Shown piece by piece: positions 25,882 through 39,879 of a DNA stretch of 64,000 bases. The notes beneath the pieces were generated by a model that was not told the origin of the DNA, did no database searches, and saw nothing but the letters and a program-made list of their open reading frames with translations. This DNA is from Octopus vulgaris (taxonomy: Eukaryota). The stretch lies in the NCBI GenBank assembly GCA_951406725.2, contig OX597820.1:126356001-126420000 (forward strand), read 5' to 3'. Both the position numbers and the translations under genes were made by a program. The stretch's first letter is position 1, and every line of letters starts with the position of its first letter.

Positions 25882-27151
25882 GTTGGCTGAAAAGTTGATA
25901 CACTGACCCAAAATGCTCTCATGGAATGCGACCAAATGAGTTTTCTTTTTCAACATACCCACTCCCCTAGCGGTCCCACACTCGCCACACACTTCTTCTA
26001 TCAATATTGCAATACTTGGATCCCATTGGTGAAGAAGTTTTCATTCTGTTGGTCAAAAATATCATCACCAGCAAACATGTCGACATCATCACTGTGATAC
26101 TGGTTCACAGCCGAATGTTTTTTCTTTCACGTTGCAGAACAGATAATACTCAGATGGAGCCGAATCAGGAGAAGATGATGGGTAATCAACCATTTCAAGA
26201 CTACAGTCAAGTACAGAAGTCATTGAAACGAAGGAAATGTGCTCTGGATCATTGTCCTGGTGAAACAAAACTCCTTTCGTCAGTTTTCCTGACAGCCTTT
26301 CGTAATTGCTTCAGCAAGTTGGCATTGTATTCTCCATTGATGGTGTAGCCCTTTTGTAGATAGTCAATAGACACAATGTATTTTGCACCTCAAAAATCTG
26401 AGACCATCACGCTCCTTGCAGATGAAATGATCTTGGCCTTCTTTGGAGCAGGTGAGGCGGAGAGTTTCCACTGCATGGATTGTTTCGATGTCTCTGGCAC
26501 AGAGTAACGGACCCAACACCATCCTGGGTTTGAAAACGTTCGTAGAAACCAGCGCGATGTGCCTCAAACAATATCAGATTTTCCTGTGATGTGATCAGCC
26601 TGTTTTGCTTTTCATCGGGTGTCAGGAGACGCGGCAGCCATCGAGCAGAAACCATCGTAATGCCAAGTTCAATGAGCAGAATATTCTCAACTTTCTCATA
26701 AGATGTGCTAATTGTATTGGCTATTTGATTTATAGTCAACCGCGTATCAGCCATCAGCATGTGGTGAACATGACCAATGTTTGCTTCAGTGGTGGCAGAT
26801 GCAGGATGTCCAAACTTTGGGTCGTCATTAAGACTCTCCCTTCCACTCCTAAATTCAGCTGCCCATTTTTGAACTGTTAATAAAGCTGGGGCGTCATCCC
26901 CTAAAGTAGCAACTGTCTAAAGTCTTTTTCTGCTGGTACTTGATAACACCACGATGTCAAATTTAGTAGTTTTTCAAGAGCAGTCGCTAGTAGTTACTTT
27001 TGAATTGTTCTTTGAACAATCAGATATCAGTTCACCTGGGAAAATACGATTCAGTTATTAATAAGAAGAGTTGAAATTAACACATGCTAGATTTCACAGC
27101 TCTAGCATCACTCCTTCATAGTTAGCCTATGAACGTTTCAACCTACCCTCG
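25877..27151 (-). mobile_element. Full-length (~1.28 kb) inactivated mariner transposon
   Basis: Imperfect TIRs cgagagttggctgaaaagttgata / tatgaacgtttcaacctaccctcg; TA on both sides; WLPRLL and SPDSAPSEYYLF motifs. Confidence 0.9.
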
Positions 27152-27714
27152 TATATATACGTGTGATAGTGTGGTTGAGAAGTTCTCTCGTAATCACATA
27201 ATTCCAGGTCCGAATCACGTTGCGCAGCACCTTGGCACGTTTCTTCTACTATAAACCTTGATTGACCTAAATCTTGTTAATGGAATTCGGCTGATGGAAT
27301 CTGGAAACCGTGCAGACGTCCGTCCTATATATGTCGTAAATATTGTGTGTGTGTGTGTGTGTGTGTGTGACGCGCTTACTTCTAGATTAAGAGGAGAAAG
27401 ATTCGACAATGTATATCCACTATATTTTCCTCGTCCGGTGGTATAATCATTATCGCTGTTGCCAATGCATTTTATTATATTTATTCAGAAAGGAAAGCGA
27501 TGCCTGTGACCGGTTACAGGACCTCTGAGACTGTTGTGGAGAAGATGTCTGCAAGCCAGAAACCTAACCCGAATACTTGCAACAGGGTAGACCTCGCTAA
27601 AGGCACTCAAGGTACGAGGGGATAATGTTAAACTTCAAGACATTCAGTCCGACATTTTAACAATTCTGCCAAACCACCTCCTTGGTAGTTTTCTCTTCGT
27701 AATCAATATCGATA

Positions 27715-28235
27715 GGATGAATGGTAAAGTTGACCTCGGCGAGGTTTGAACACAGAACTCAGAGAGTCGGTACAAATACCCGCAACGCGTTTTGCCCGAC
27801 TCCGTAATGACTCTGCCAACGCACTGCCTTTGTCACCCTGTATTAAATGGCGTTTCGTCGTGCGAGTATCTAAATAACCTAAGACCAATGTTCTTAGATT
27901 CACAAATTCTTTTAGATAGTAGGTGGATGGTTTGAATTCATATGAATATATTGTAACATTTTATTCAGTTTACTAATGGAGAGATACATTCAAGTACCTA
28001 ATATCCAGCCAAGAGGAAAATTTTGTATAAATCTGCATGCTGGTTAGTCATAATGCTTAATAATGTTTTCAAATTTTGGAACAGGGGCAGCGATTTGGGG
28101 GAAGGGGATAAGTCGATAACATCGACCCCCTAGTGTTTCACTGGTACTTAATTTATCGACCCAGAAAGGATGAAAGGCAAAGTCGACCTCGGCAGAATTT
28201 GAACTCAGAACGTAGCGGCATTTCGTCCAGCGCCT
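27715..28235 (-). mobile_element. Family D SINE fragments (27715-27825 and 28066-28235)
   Basis: ctgagttcaaattc..gaggtcgactttgcctttcatcctt motif shared with 46806-47020. Confidence 0.7.
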
Positions 28236-28261
28236 TCATATTGCTTAATAATAATTGTACC

Positions 28262-28452
28262 TTAACATGACATAAACCACTCTTCAAAACAATTTGTATC
28301 ATGCGTAATATGTAATGCAAGATTAATTCTCCTACTTCCGTCAAATATTTTGCCTCTCATACTGATATGGAAAGAAAAATTTACTTCTTTGTTTAGACAT
28401 AGAAAGTTGTCAGATGATATCAATTTTCCATCGTGCAATAAATATTTCAATT
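28262..28452 (-). CDS. Candidate last exon: xLKYLLHDGKLISSDNFLCLNKEVNFSFHISMRGKIFDGSRRINLALHITHDTNCFEEWFMSC*
   Basis: ctctttttctgactgaag|AA (AAG acceptor); 63 open codons in AT-rich DNA, phase 1. Confidence 0.35.
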
Positions 28453-29179
28453 CTTCAGTCAGAAAAAGAGTTTGTGGTTAAAAATTAATGCTTTTTAGAG
28501 TAGAATATATGTAATTAAAGAGTAATAATCTGAGTTAAAGTAAAGATGCGTTGCCAAGTGATAATTATGGTGTTTTGGGCTCACAATTTCTATGAACTAA
28601 ACAGCAGATGAATTCTTAGAAAGAGTGTCGCGATGCATCCTTGAACTAGGAACTCAATTTCATGTGGCTCCATCTGCTCAAACGAAAATGAGTACCAGCC
28701 AAGTACTGGTGCAGCACTTTTTTCTCTCCAGCAGTCACATTCTCAGTGTTCAACTGCGCCAATGATGTTAAAATGACCAGAGATGATTAACGAAAGTATG
28801 GTACCAAGTCATACTCATATTTAAGTGATAGTTACGGTTTGTTCGCAAATCTGCATGTGATCCTTAAACGTCATATATGGTTTCCGTAGTGTTAAAACCG
28901 TAAAACAGTTATATTTTAGCTTCTAAGTTAAACAAAATTTCATTATTTGTTTTATAAATATTTCTTTAGTTTTAACTAACTGTAGGAAAATATTGTTACA
29001 GCCTTTTAATGTCTTTAGTTATGTTTTGAAAATCGTCGAAATATGTGTAATTTTTTATCAACTATATATTTTAACTATACGTTTCTAATGAGTAGTTTGG
29101 ATAGTGCCGTTTCGAATGGTTCTCTTGCATTCTGGGGTATATGTTATCTAAATATTTTATACTGATAAATTACTTGAAT

Positions 29180-29231
<52 letters not shown>

Positions 29232-29609
29232 CTGGATTTTAACAACGAAAAAACTCCCCAACAAGTAGCTAGATACTAAAGTGTTACACTTTTTTTATTC
29301 TTAGTTGAACTTTAAAACAAATCTTGCGTATCTTTATTGCTCTGCTTATAGATTGTGCTTGCAAAGTGTATATAGGCTGGTTAATTTCTTATCCTGAAAA
29401 TTTCATCTTTAAGAGATTTTTATTTAGACATTTACTAACATAACCAAGTGCGCCAATAATTGTAGTCACAAAACGGGATTTATAATCATTTTTAATATAA
29501 GCAGAGAAGCCGTAAGTTTCGGTAAGGTTGTCTGTAACTATTCTCTCTCACTCCCTCTCCCTCGCACTCTCCATCCCTCTCTGTCTCCTTCTCTCTCTTC
29601 TTTCTGAGT

Positions 29610-29708
29610 CTAGGGGAAGAGGCATTGTCCATGGCCTTTGGAGGCCCTCCAAGAACCGGTGAGCTTGATGCTGTTAATACTTCGATTAAACTGTTTGTAC
29701 TTAAATAC
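29610..29708 (-). CDS. Candidate last exon (phase 0 VFKYKQFNRSINSIKLTGSWRASKGHGQCLFP*; phase 2 runs to 29492; phase 1 xI*)
   Basis: Very strong acceptor ctctgctcatgtttttcccgcag|GT; does not fit the phase-1 majority. Confidence 0.4.
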   Translation of the reverse strand, partial: VFKYKQFNRSINSIKLTGSWRASKGHGQCLFP

Positions 29709-29859
29709 CTGCGGGAAAAACATGAGCAGAGGGGGGGTTCCAAAGAGCCAATGCTCTGGAGAAGAAAGAACTGGTCAAAGTGGATTAATATGAGGCCAAT
29801 GGAGTCGGATGTAACAAGAATATTGGAGAGATAAATTTATATATACATATATATATACA

Positions 29860-30022
29860 CGACGGGCTTCTTTCAGTTTCCGTCAACCAGATCCACTCAC
29901 AAGGCTTTGGTCATCCCGAGGCTATAGTAGAAGACACTTACCCAAAGTGCAGCAGAGTGGAACGAAACTCGGAACCATGTGGTTGGGAAACAAATTTCTT
30001 GCCACACAGACACGCCTGCGCC
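29860..30022 (-). mobile_element. Family A SINE, 5' half
   Basis: Matches 2530-2692; similar halves at 27165-27330 (+), 33840-33965 (-) and 34983-35220 (+). Confidence 0.8.
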
Positions 30023-30685
30023 ATATGATATGTTTATATCTGGTAGTAATGTTCCACTATATATGCAAGTGGGTGTACGTGTTAGACAAACACAGACAGG
30101 TTAGAAAATAACAATGAAAATAAAATACAATTCAAAAAGATAAATCATTTCTTTTTTTTTTTTTAGACTGCTGATATTGACTTTATCAAAGCTTAATATT
30201 TCAAGTCAGCCACTTCGACGTTAGAATCATCCTCTTCATTATCATCATCGACATCATCATTATCGTCGTCGTCATTGTATCATCATCGTCACCACCACCA
30301 TCATCATCATCATCATCATCATCATTATCATCATCATCATCATCATCATCATCACCATCGTCATCAGTGATGTTGTCATCGTTGTCCTTGTAGATTACAG
30401 GATAATTTTGTCGTTACGCCCACGACTCGCCGTTTGGCAAGTTACTTTTGCAATGCTTTTCCCACCGTCCGTCGCCTTTGTTGTAATAAATGAAATCATT
30501 GATATTGCAGTTGATGTTGTTCATGACATTTTATTACATCCCCAGCCATCTTGTACCTTCAGATGCTATCGATTTGGTAGTGCGAAGAGGAGCTTGTTCC
30601 TGGTAGACCTTCAACTCTGTTCGTACTGCTATCGTCTCCTGTAATTTCAGATAAGAAGAGTCTTGTCATTAATATTCGGGCTTTG

Positions 30686-31095
<410 letters not shown>

Positions 31096-31119
31096 ATTTT
31101 TTTATTTTCCACCAGGGCG

Positions 31120-31890
31120 AAGGATGAAGGGGACAATACGACGACAGACATAAAGTGTGGGGGTTTACATATAATGGAATGATAAAATAAAAGGTATACA
31201 CGGTATATGTTAGAAGAAGGGAAATATACATAGTATATGACACTAGAAAAGGAGGGGAAAGGGTCGTGATGGGATCCCCGTGATTCAGGAGGACCTCTAG
31301 GGATAATCGAGGAACCCCCACCGTCCAAGATCACCCTTGAGTAGCAAGGACGAGAGCCCACTCCAACTTCTTTCTTCCGACTCACAGGTCTACACTGAGA
31401 GTGGTACCATCCACACTTGCCATTTTTTGCAACTTTCACTCATCTTTTGATAAATTCGCTCGAGAACAGCGCCCCCTCTCCACCCTAACTTTTCTTTTCA
31501 AGTGAAACTTGAAAAAAAATCGATGAGGGCTTTACGGAAGAGGAAAGTTTCTGTCCTCATTCCTTTCAGCCTCATCCACCAGATAACCTCTTTCGCCACA
31601 GCCACCAGACAAAGGAAAACTGTCTTGCCAGCCCGATTAAAGGAGGGCGGCAGGGCAATCATCCTTATTGACTCGGGCAGCAGACTAATCTGTCATACTC
31701 GCGACAATAGTTGTTCGACGTAACTCCACGAGTCATCAATGCCTGGACACTGAACGAGTGCATGCAGAACGGTTTCGCCGCTCTGCGAGCTCTTCGGACA
31801 AGCTCGTCTAACAGCACATCCGTGTCTGTAGAGTTTATCTCGAACCGGTAGCGTCCCCATCCCGGTAGCACTACCAGACCAAAGACATCT
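31120..31890 (-). mobile_element. Tx1/L1-clade LINE, 5'-truncated 3' end
   Basis: Paralogous to 32000-32710, covering the ORF2 Cys/His region and 3' UTR. Confidence 0.8.
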
Positions 31891-31906
31891 GGAAATTATC
31901 CATTAA

Positions 31907-31974
<68 letters not shown>

Positions 31975-31979
<5 letters not shown>

Positions 31980-33725
31980 CTTTATTGGTCATAACAACCG
32001 AACACAAAACATAATGGTCAATACACAGGCGATGGACAGTGAGGTTATACATTTAAACAGCAAAACACAATTAGCAAAGAAAATTACAAAACAATATATA
32101 ATTCCCCAATACGTGGGAGATCTACCGAGAGGTGACCAAAGAAACCTCACTCACTTTGGGCCCCTAACACCAAGGCATCTCAGGTAGGCAACCCTCTCCT
32201 CTTCACTCCATACGGCCCGAAGACGCATACCTAGAGTATGCCTATTCACATGGGCCATCCTTGCTACATTCACCCACCTTTTGACAAACTTACTGTGTGA
32301 CAGCACCACCCTTTCCAGTCTCACCTTCCTTTTCAGGTTGAACCTGAAAAAGTCAATGAGGCATCGGCCAAAGACGAAGGTACCCGTCTTAAATTTTTCA
32401 ATCGAGTCCACAATACAACCTCGTTCGTTATAGCCACCACACAGAGGAAAACTGCCTTTCCTTCCCGGCCAAAGGAAGGAGGCGGAGCAATCTTCACGAT
32501 GGATTCAGACGATAGCCAGATCCGTCCTACATGCGACAATAACTCTTCAACAAAGCTCCACAAGTCAGTAATGAGCGGACTCTCTACTAGTGCATGCAGA
32601 ACGGTTTCCTCGCTCCGCGTGCACCTCGGACAAGACCGTCTGACAGCACATTACGAACCGGCAGCGCACCCCGGTAGCACTGTCAAGCCATAGATCTCTG
32701 GAAATTATCCATAGGCCCCGGCCAGAAAGTCCTCCAAAAGAGATCAGCCAGTTGATCCCTCTCAACGCCCAGAGTCTCTCCGAGATCGTCGTCGCCCTTG
32801 CCCTCCACTAATCCCCAATAGAACTCCAAGGGGGAACTTCCACCGTCCACATTGCCGACTGGCCGAGGGCTGTAAGCGCTTGGAGACATTCTAGGTACCA
32901 AGCGCCCTGTCTCAATCTACGCCTGATCCAGTACTTTAGCTCCGTCAAGGAGACGAGCTGCGGAAAAGCGTGTCTAACGAACGGCGAACACACCTGCTCG
33001 CCGTTAAGGTATCGCTGGAAATATCGCAGCCTCAGCGCATATCTGCGCATCAACAGCCACGGCATGTCCAGTCCTCCACGCAACGGGTGCTGTCAAGCGG
33101 TACCGTCTGAAAAGCGGTACTCTTCTCTTTCACAAGAAGCAGAAGAGCAAGTGCACCAGTCTGTTTAGGCACGAAGTGGGGCAAAGGACGACAGTCAGGC
33201 TGTAGTATATGACGGATGCGTGGTGGTGGTAGTGGTGGTGGTGGTAATTGTGATATTTTCCTTGCACAATTGGCTGCTGTTAGTTATATTTCGGGCTTCC
33301 TTGATCGAGTTCTCATTACTCCTGACACTTCCACTGTGGTTGTTGTTGTCATTACTGTTACCACTCCTCCTGCAACTACCATTATCATTTACATCTAGAG
33401 TGAGTGGGGGCGAGTGACGGCGAAAGACAATTTCGCGTTCTACACCTTTTCCCACTTCCCTCTCTTGTTGACTTACTGATAAAGACGACGACGCCAAATT
33501 AAATTTTCTAAATTTTGAAAGGAATGTTAATTTTCTTTTCGAGTGATTTTTTTGCCCCGCAGGGCAAACAAAATAACACTGTTAATCAGACCAATATGGT
33601 CTGGATTAATTTAGTCGCAAGTTATAACAATAAAATGTAACAATAACAATCTTTTAAGAGGTAAACAAGGCACACACTTATGAAGCTCCGAAATATACGT
33701 CCAGCTCAGTCGGAGCAAACCTGAG
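31975..33725 (-). mobile_element. Tx1/L1-clade LINE, apparently internally deleted (putative 5' end joined to ORF2 C-terminus)
   Basis: RGGLDMPWL...ALRLRYFQRYL and FQRSMAWQCYRGALPVR at 32200-33165; low-complexity ORF1-like start at 33195-33500; ends in (ATT)n. Confidence 0.7.
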
Positions 33726-34471
33726 TCTGAACCACAATATTAGATACCACCACCACCACCATCAATAACACCACTACAATCTTCCTCATCACCATGACCT
33801 CCACTACCATCGCCACTAGACCCACCACTTATACACAACGATAATTCCACGCAGTTTCCATCTATCAAATTCTCTCACGAAGCACTGGTCGGCCCAAGTC
33901 TATAGCAGAGGACACTTCCCCACGGTCGTAGTTACAAAAGATGGCCTCTTAACCACGCAGCCACCCATCTTCTAGGCTTAATATATTTGTCTTAAAATAT
34001 AAGCTTTACTCTTGTTTACTCTTGTTTAATATTTGATCCGAAATTAAATTGAATGAATGAATTTTAGAAGAAACAATATTACTGATAAAAAAATAAACAA
34101 AAATATTCCGGACCAATTTCTATTTTGTAGCTTTCGTGGTAATTCCGTTGGTGGGAGAATCGAGATTATGCATGCATTTTTTTTTATTTTTAATATAATA
34201 ATATACTAAAGTGTATTTGCATATGCAAATTAAAATTAATGGTAAAGGAATGAACTGAGAAATTTGTAACTTTTTATTTTTGTTGTTTTGTTTCGTTGTT
34301 TTTTCTGTTATTTTGTTTCGTTTTTTGTTGTTTTTGTTTGTTAGTTTGTTTTTTGTTTTTTCAATAAAGACAAAAGACGAGTTAAAACTGTTCTTCAGAC
34401 GGTTTGTATTGCATGGTTTGTTCTCACCACGTTATTAATACTTAGTTGTTATTAACTCTGGAAACCTGAAA

Positions 34472-34584
34472 CTAGTTCCAACTTTCTCTTGTGACCAACG
34501 GTACGAGAGCAACGTATGTTGTGGTTGTATCGTAAACAACACGATTTCGATAGAAGACACTCCAAGAGAATAACAAGGTGAAAG
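34472..34584 (-). CDS. Candidate last exon (phase 1 xFTLLFSWSVFYRNRVVYDTTTTYVALVPLVTRESWN*)
   Basis: aacattttgcag|CT; all three frames are open for 37-49 codons. Confidence 0.3.
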
Positions 34585-35287
34585 CTGCAAAATGTTCTAT
34601 ATGGAGAAGAATTCATGAGTTTACCAAGCAAGGACATGGTTGGAAAGCCTAGAACAGAGCTTATACAAATATTTTGAACAAAAACAAAATGAAATAAATG
34701 ATGTAGTCATAACACAAATGCCTAATAGATCTACTACATGCCTGGAACTGATAGCAGGATATTGGTGCAAGAATTTCGCCTTCTATCATCAAGATTTGAT
34801 CGCATTGTATAAAAAGTGTATGAGAATAGTTTTAGCCTGAGTAAATGGCTGTCAACTGCCTTTATTTATTTATTTATTTCAAACATTTCGCCAAACAACA
34901 CAAACCAATAACTAGCCGTAATATAATATATCAAATATACATTGGGTATTTAGTTATGTTCTTATAGAATTATTATACGATAGGTGTAGCTGTGTGGTAA
35001 GAAGCTTGCTTCCCAACCACATGGTTCCGGGTTCAGTTCCATTGCGTGGCACCTTAGATAATTGTCTTCTACTATAGCCTTGGGCAGACCAAAGCCTTGT
35101 GAGTGGATTTGGTAGGCGGAAAACTGAAAGAGAACCGTTGTGTGTGTGTCTGGGTATCTGTGGTTTTACCTCACCGTCACTTGACAGCCGATGTTGGTAT
35201 GTTTATGTCCCCGTAACTTAATTCGAAATACATGCTATAATCTTAACTGTTTTTAAATTTTCTTTCCCTTTATTTCGAGGTTTTTCT

Positions 35288-35492
35288 TTAAAAAAAGAAT
35301 ATTCCCTTGTAGATCACAGATAGGACCTTTGCTAAAAATTGTGTTAATCTCGCTAAAATGGTAATAAAAACTTCATTTCTTCCATAACCAGTATAAGTAG
35401 AGAAATTCTGTCCAGTAGGAACACACGAAACCCTTCTCCTCTTCGTAACTACAGTAACCTTAATATTTCCGATCCCAGTGGTATATGTCTTT
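35288..35492 (-). CDS. Candidate last exon (phase 2 gives 67 aa KTYTTGIG...KGIFFF*; phase 1 xRHIPLGSEILRLL* stops at 35449)
   Basis: atatttatgttttag|AA; unique island. Confidence 0.4.
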
Positions 35493-35707
35493 CTAAAACA
35501 TAAATATATCGAGTTAATATTTCTGTTGTTGATAACAATGAAGCAAAAAGCTACGTAGGGCTTACTAAAAGTCTTTTTAAGAATGTAGGAATATATTCTC
35601 GCAAGATATGTAAACATTCAGATTAGTAAAGCATCATACCACAGTATTATACACATATATCTGGGATTTAAAAGATGATAATATTAACATTAAGATTATA
35701 AAATCAA

Positions 35708-35775
35708 TCAGTCTACTATAGAGCATTTGTCTCTCGCTGTATTGATTACACCAGAAGAAGGTATCCTCACATTAG
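35708..35775 (-). CDS. Candidate last exon: xNVRIPSSGVINTARDKCSIVD*
   Basis: ataatttcatccatcag|CT; only phase 1 is open. Confidence 0.3.
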
Positions 35776-36542
35776 CTGATGGATGAAATTATATAATAGT
35801 CTTTTGGAATGTTATACAAATGTTTCAGAATTGATGAATTCTCATTGATATTTCTATCGTTATTTCTAAGGGAATTTCTTATGAAAATTTTCTATATGTT
35901 GGATTTACCATACTGTGAAAACTGACCGTATGGTTGAAAAAAATCCCTGTATTCACCAACACTAAAACCTTGTCAACAACAGCCCACTTTCCGAATGTAT
36001 GATTTTTAAACATAGTACTAAAGATTAAAAAAACATCAAAGATTTAAAAAACAAGAAAGTAGCTGAATATAATCCATGTTACGTACATGATAATTAACTA
36101 GATACATGAAAGTATATGTTTCTAGCGATTTTTTTCTTTTTTTTCTTTTCTTTTAGTGGTAATCAATTGAAATCCATTGAACTGTACGCTGATCTTATTT
36201 CGTTACGTTTATGTATATTTTTCGCATATAATAGCATATTGCTTCTCTACATCAATCGTTTGAATAATCGTTAACGTGGAACTTGGTTATGAATCATGAA
36301 GCTTCATTCTAATAAAATACACAGACTTTAAGTATTGAGTACTTGACCCTAGCTACATTTTTATCTGCTTCGCTCAAAAATTTATAACTATATTTATGCA
36401 TGTATGTGCATACGTATACGCGTGTGTACATATTTATAAATATATATGTGTACATGTAAGTGTGTATGTGTGTGTGCGTGTGCTTGAGAGAGAGAGAGCG
36501 AGAGTGTGTGTGTGTATGTGTGTGTATGTGTGTGTGTGTGTG

Positions 36543-36609
<67 letters not shown>

Positions 36610-36867
36610 AAGTGTGTGTGTGCCTGTGTGCGAGACCTGGCTACAGCTGCAACTTGCCAGCAACCGAAACAATAAACAAAAACACATTCTTGGCAGTAAA
36701 AGGTTAAACGTCACTAGCAAAGATGATGTATGATGCGTAATGTTCTATCTGATACATTATACAAGTTTTATTATTGTGTCGGTTGATGGCGCTATTGTTG
36801 TATTTCTATTTGTATTTGTTTTATTTTTGTGCTATCTCATACATACATACATACATACATCTATACA

Positions 36868-36901
<34 letters not shown>

Positions 36902-36947
36902 CATACATACATACATACATACATACATACATCTATACATACATACA

Positions 36948-36981
<34 letters not shown>

Positions 36982-37031
36982 CATATATACATACATACAT
37001 ACATACATACATACATCTATACATACATACA

Positions 37032-37065
<34 letters not shown>

Positions 37066-37749
37066 CATACATACATACAAACATACATAATGCACACTCA
37101 CACACATGCATACATACATACATACATACATACATACATGCATACATATATACATATATACATACATACACACTCACACACATACATACATACATAAATG
37201 CATACATATATACATACATACACACATACATACATACATGCATACATATATACATACATACATACACACTCACACACATACACACATACATACATACATA
37301 ATACATACATACATACATACATGCATATATACATACATACAAACAAATATACATACATCCACGTGTGGTGTGTGTGTGTGTGTGGTGTCCGGTATTATGT
37401 ATAAATGATGGACGAGCCTTTGTGTTCTCATGTTTGTGTGTATATGTACGTATGTGCACGAACGTGCGTGCGTGTGTGCGCGCGCGTGTGTGAGTGTGTG
37501 TATGTGTGTGTGCGTGTGCGTGTGTGAGTGTGTATGTGTGCGTGCATGTGTGTGTGCAGTACACGTATATATTTGCAAAACTGCCCAAGTGGCGACTAAT
37601 ATCTCTTTCTCTATCTATTACTCTTTATCTCTCTCTCCCTCTCCATGCGTGCACACACACTTGCACATGCATTACATACACAAATACGTGCATAAACACA
37701 TACATACAGACAGACAGAAAAATAGATAGATAGAAAGATAGATAGATAG

Positions 37750-37829
<80 letters not shown>

Positions 37830-38176
37830 TAGATGCATGCATACATATATGTGTGTGCATGCATATGTGTGTATTTATGTATTTATGCATGTACGCTAGG
37901 GTTGTCTCAAAAGAAACTCAACTTTTAAACTTTTAAAGCGGTGCCCCAACCAACCAACCGTTGCACCGTGCTCGCTACGACAGCGCTACGTATGGCTGAC
38001 TTTGATCTTTATGTCTAATAATAATCAGACTACGCCATCTCTGTAGGTGATCGATATTCACGTGCTAGAATAGACGAATATTTATTTCTCATGACAATTT
38101 GTCACAATTTAAACACTAAAGCTAAAAGAAAGGTAACGTATTTGTGCGAAATCCTACTTCAAAATTGGAAAACTTT

Positions 38177-38593
38177 GGATCTTTTCGGTTTAAACGGCAG
38201 TTTTTAACATAATTTCTAGGTAACTAAAAAATTTTAAATTTCGTATACTGGTAGAATGTGTTTATAAAACATCTTTTTCTCTTGGCTTTATTGAGAAAAT
38301 TCTATAGTTTGTAAGATATTTGTTGTTTTTTTTCTTCAATTTCTGCAATTTCAACCAATCACTGACGTCCATTGAGGTAAACAACATTCTGTGCCGTATG
38401 AATATGTCCCTCGTTTAAGAAACAGTTTGGGTTTATTTACATTTCTGAAGAAAAAAGATACCCAGATACCCACTCCTAACCCTAACCCTAAAACAGATTG
38501 AAATGCAATAGATCGATACTAGGGTCATAATTATGGGTGACAACTTCATATGACACCGCTAGAAAAAAACTGCCGGTCAAACCGAAAAGATTC
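38177..38593. mobile_element. MITE with ~28-bp TIRs and 8-bp TSD (Merlin-like termini)
   Basis: ggatcttttcggtttaaacggcagttttt / aaaaactgccggtcaaaccgaaaagattc; TSD aaaacttt at 38169-38176 and 38594-38601. Confidence 0.85.
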
Positions 38594-38749
38594 AAAACTT
38601 TTACAGAGACTTATCTCTAACGCTGCAACTGACCCATGAGGAAGATTCGTCGGAAGTGACCCCAGCATGTCAAATCTTGAAGAGCAATCCTCGAAGGTGA
38701 TCCCAAATATAGATAACATTCCACAGCAACGGACAACGAACACGTTACT

Positions 38750-39600
38750 AATGTGGTTGCTAGGTTCTTTGGTAACCGTTGTCTGGGTGTTCGGGAAGTT
38801 TCCGGGGAAGTAGGCATCCATGAAACTTCGTGCAACACAATATTTTTAAAAACTGTAATTTGTGCTTAGTTTACTGGCGAATGAACAAAATGGAAACTGA
38901 GCTACTGTCTGTAAAGAGCTGTCTGATCGCTCGAATGGTGATACAGGAAGATTTTAGGTGATGGAAAATGTGAGTACCTTTGCAGTTGACACCAGATTTG
39001 AAGGAGAGAAGAGCAGAAGTAACTGAAACCAATGAAGACCCTTTTTCTGGAAACGAAGGCTCAGTCCATGAGATGGCGTCACGCCTCTCCTCCAGGGCCT
39101 AAAATGTTCAAAAGCCCTCTTTCGGCACAGAAAGTCATAGTACCTATTTTGTAGTGTGGGGGTGACAAGGACGTCGTCTTCTTTGTTTTTCTGGAACGTG
39201 CCTATGAACAGCGAGTGGTACATTGAGACACGCAAAAATATTAAAGAATCCATTCTAAGGAAGAGACAGAAAAAAAAAGTATCTGTAAACAGTTTACATT
39301 CATCACGATAATGAACGACCCACACATCTTTGGCAACGAATTAAATCCCCCGACTTTCACTGTTTCGGTCCAATGAAGAAAAGTATTTAAGGATAACCCT
39401 TTGATGACACGGATGTGATGAAGCTAGCTGTGAAGAAGGGGTACAACAATGCACAGCTGCTTTTTTTATTCAATGCGGCTCCAAGAGCGGGGTTCAATGT
39501 TGGTGCAAATGCTTCGCTTGTGATGAAACCTTTCATAGATTTGTTGTATAGAGAAAGATTTACTCGACCAACATAAGCAATCGGAACACCCTGTGTCAGT
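38750..39600 (+). mobile_element. Degenerate mariner transposase fragments
   Basis: ETKAQSMRWRHASPPGPKMFKSPLSAQKVI...NSEWYIET at 39050-39260. Confidence 0.7.
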
Positions 39601-39879
39601 TAAGAGGAAAAAGTTATGCCCTCTTTTGCATTAATACGGGTTAACTTACTATGTGTGTGTGTATATCATACATGCATATGTATGTGCGTGTGTGTGTGTG
39701 AGTGAGTGTAAGTACATGTATGTATATAGGTATATATGTATGAATGTATGTATATATCTATCTATCTATGTTCTCTTCTGTTTTTAACTATTTAAACTCT
39801 TTCTCTGAGGAAGGAGCTGGTTTTTAACAAAGATACAAAGCTCCATCTTTGGAACGTAGATAACAAAAAAATATGTCGC

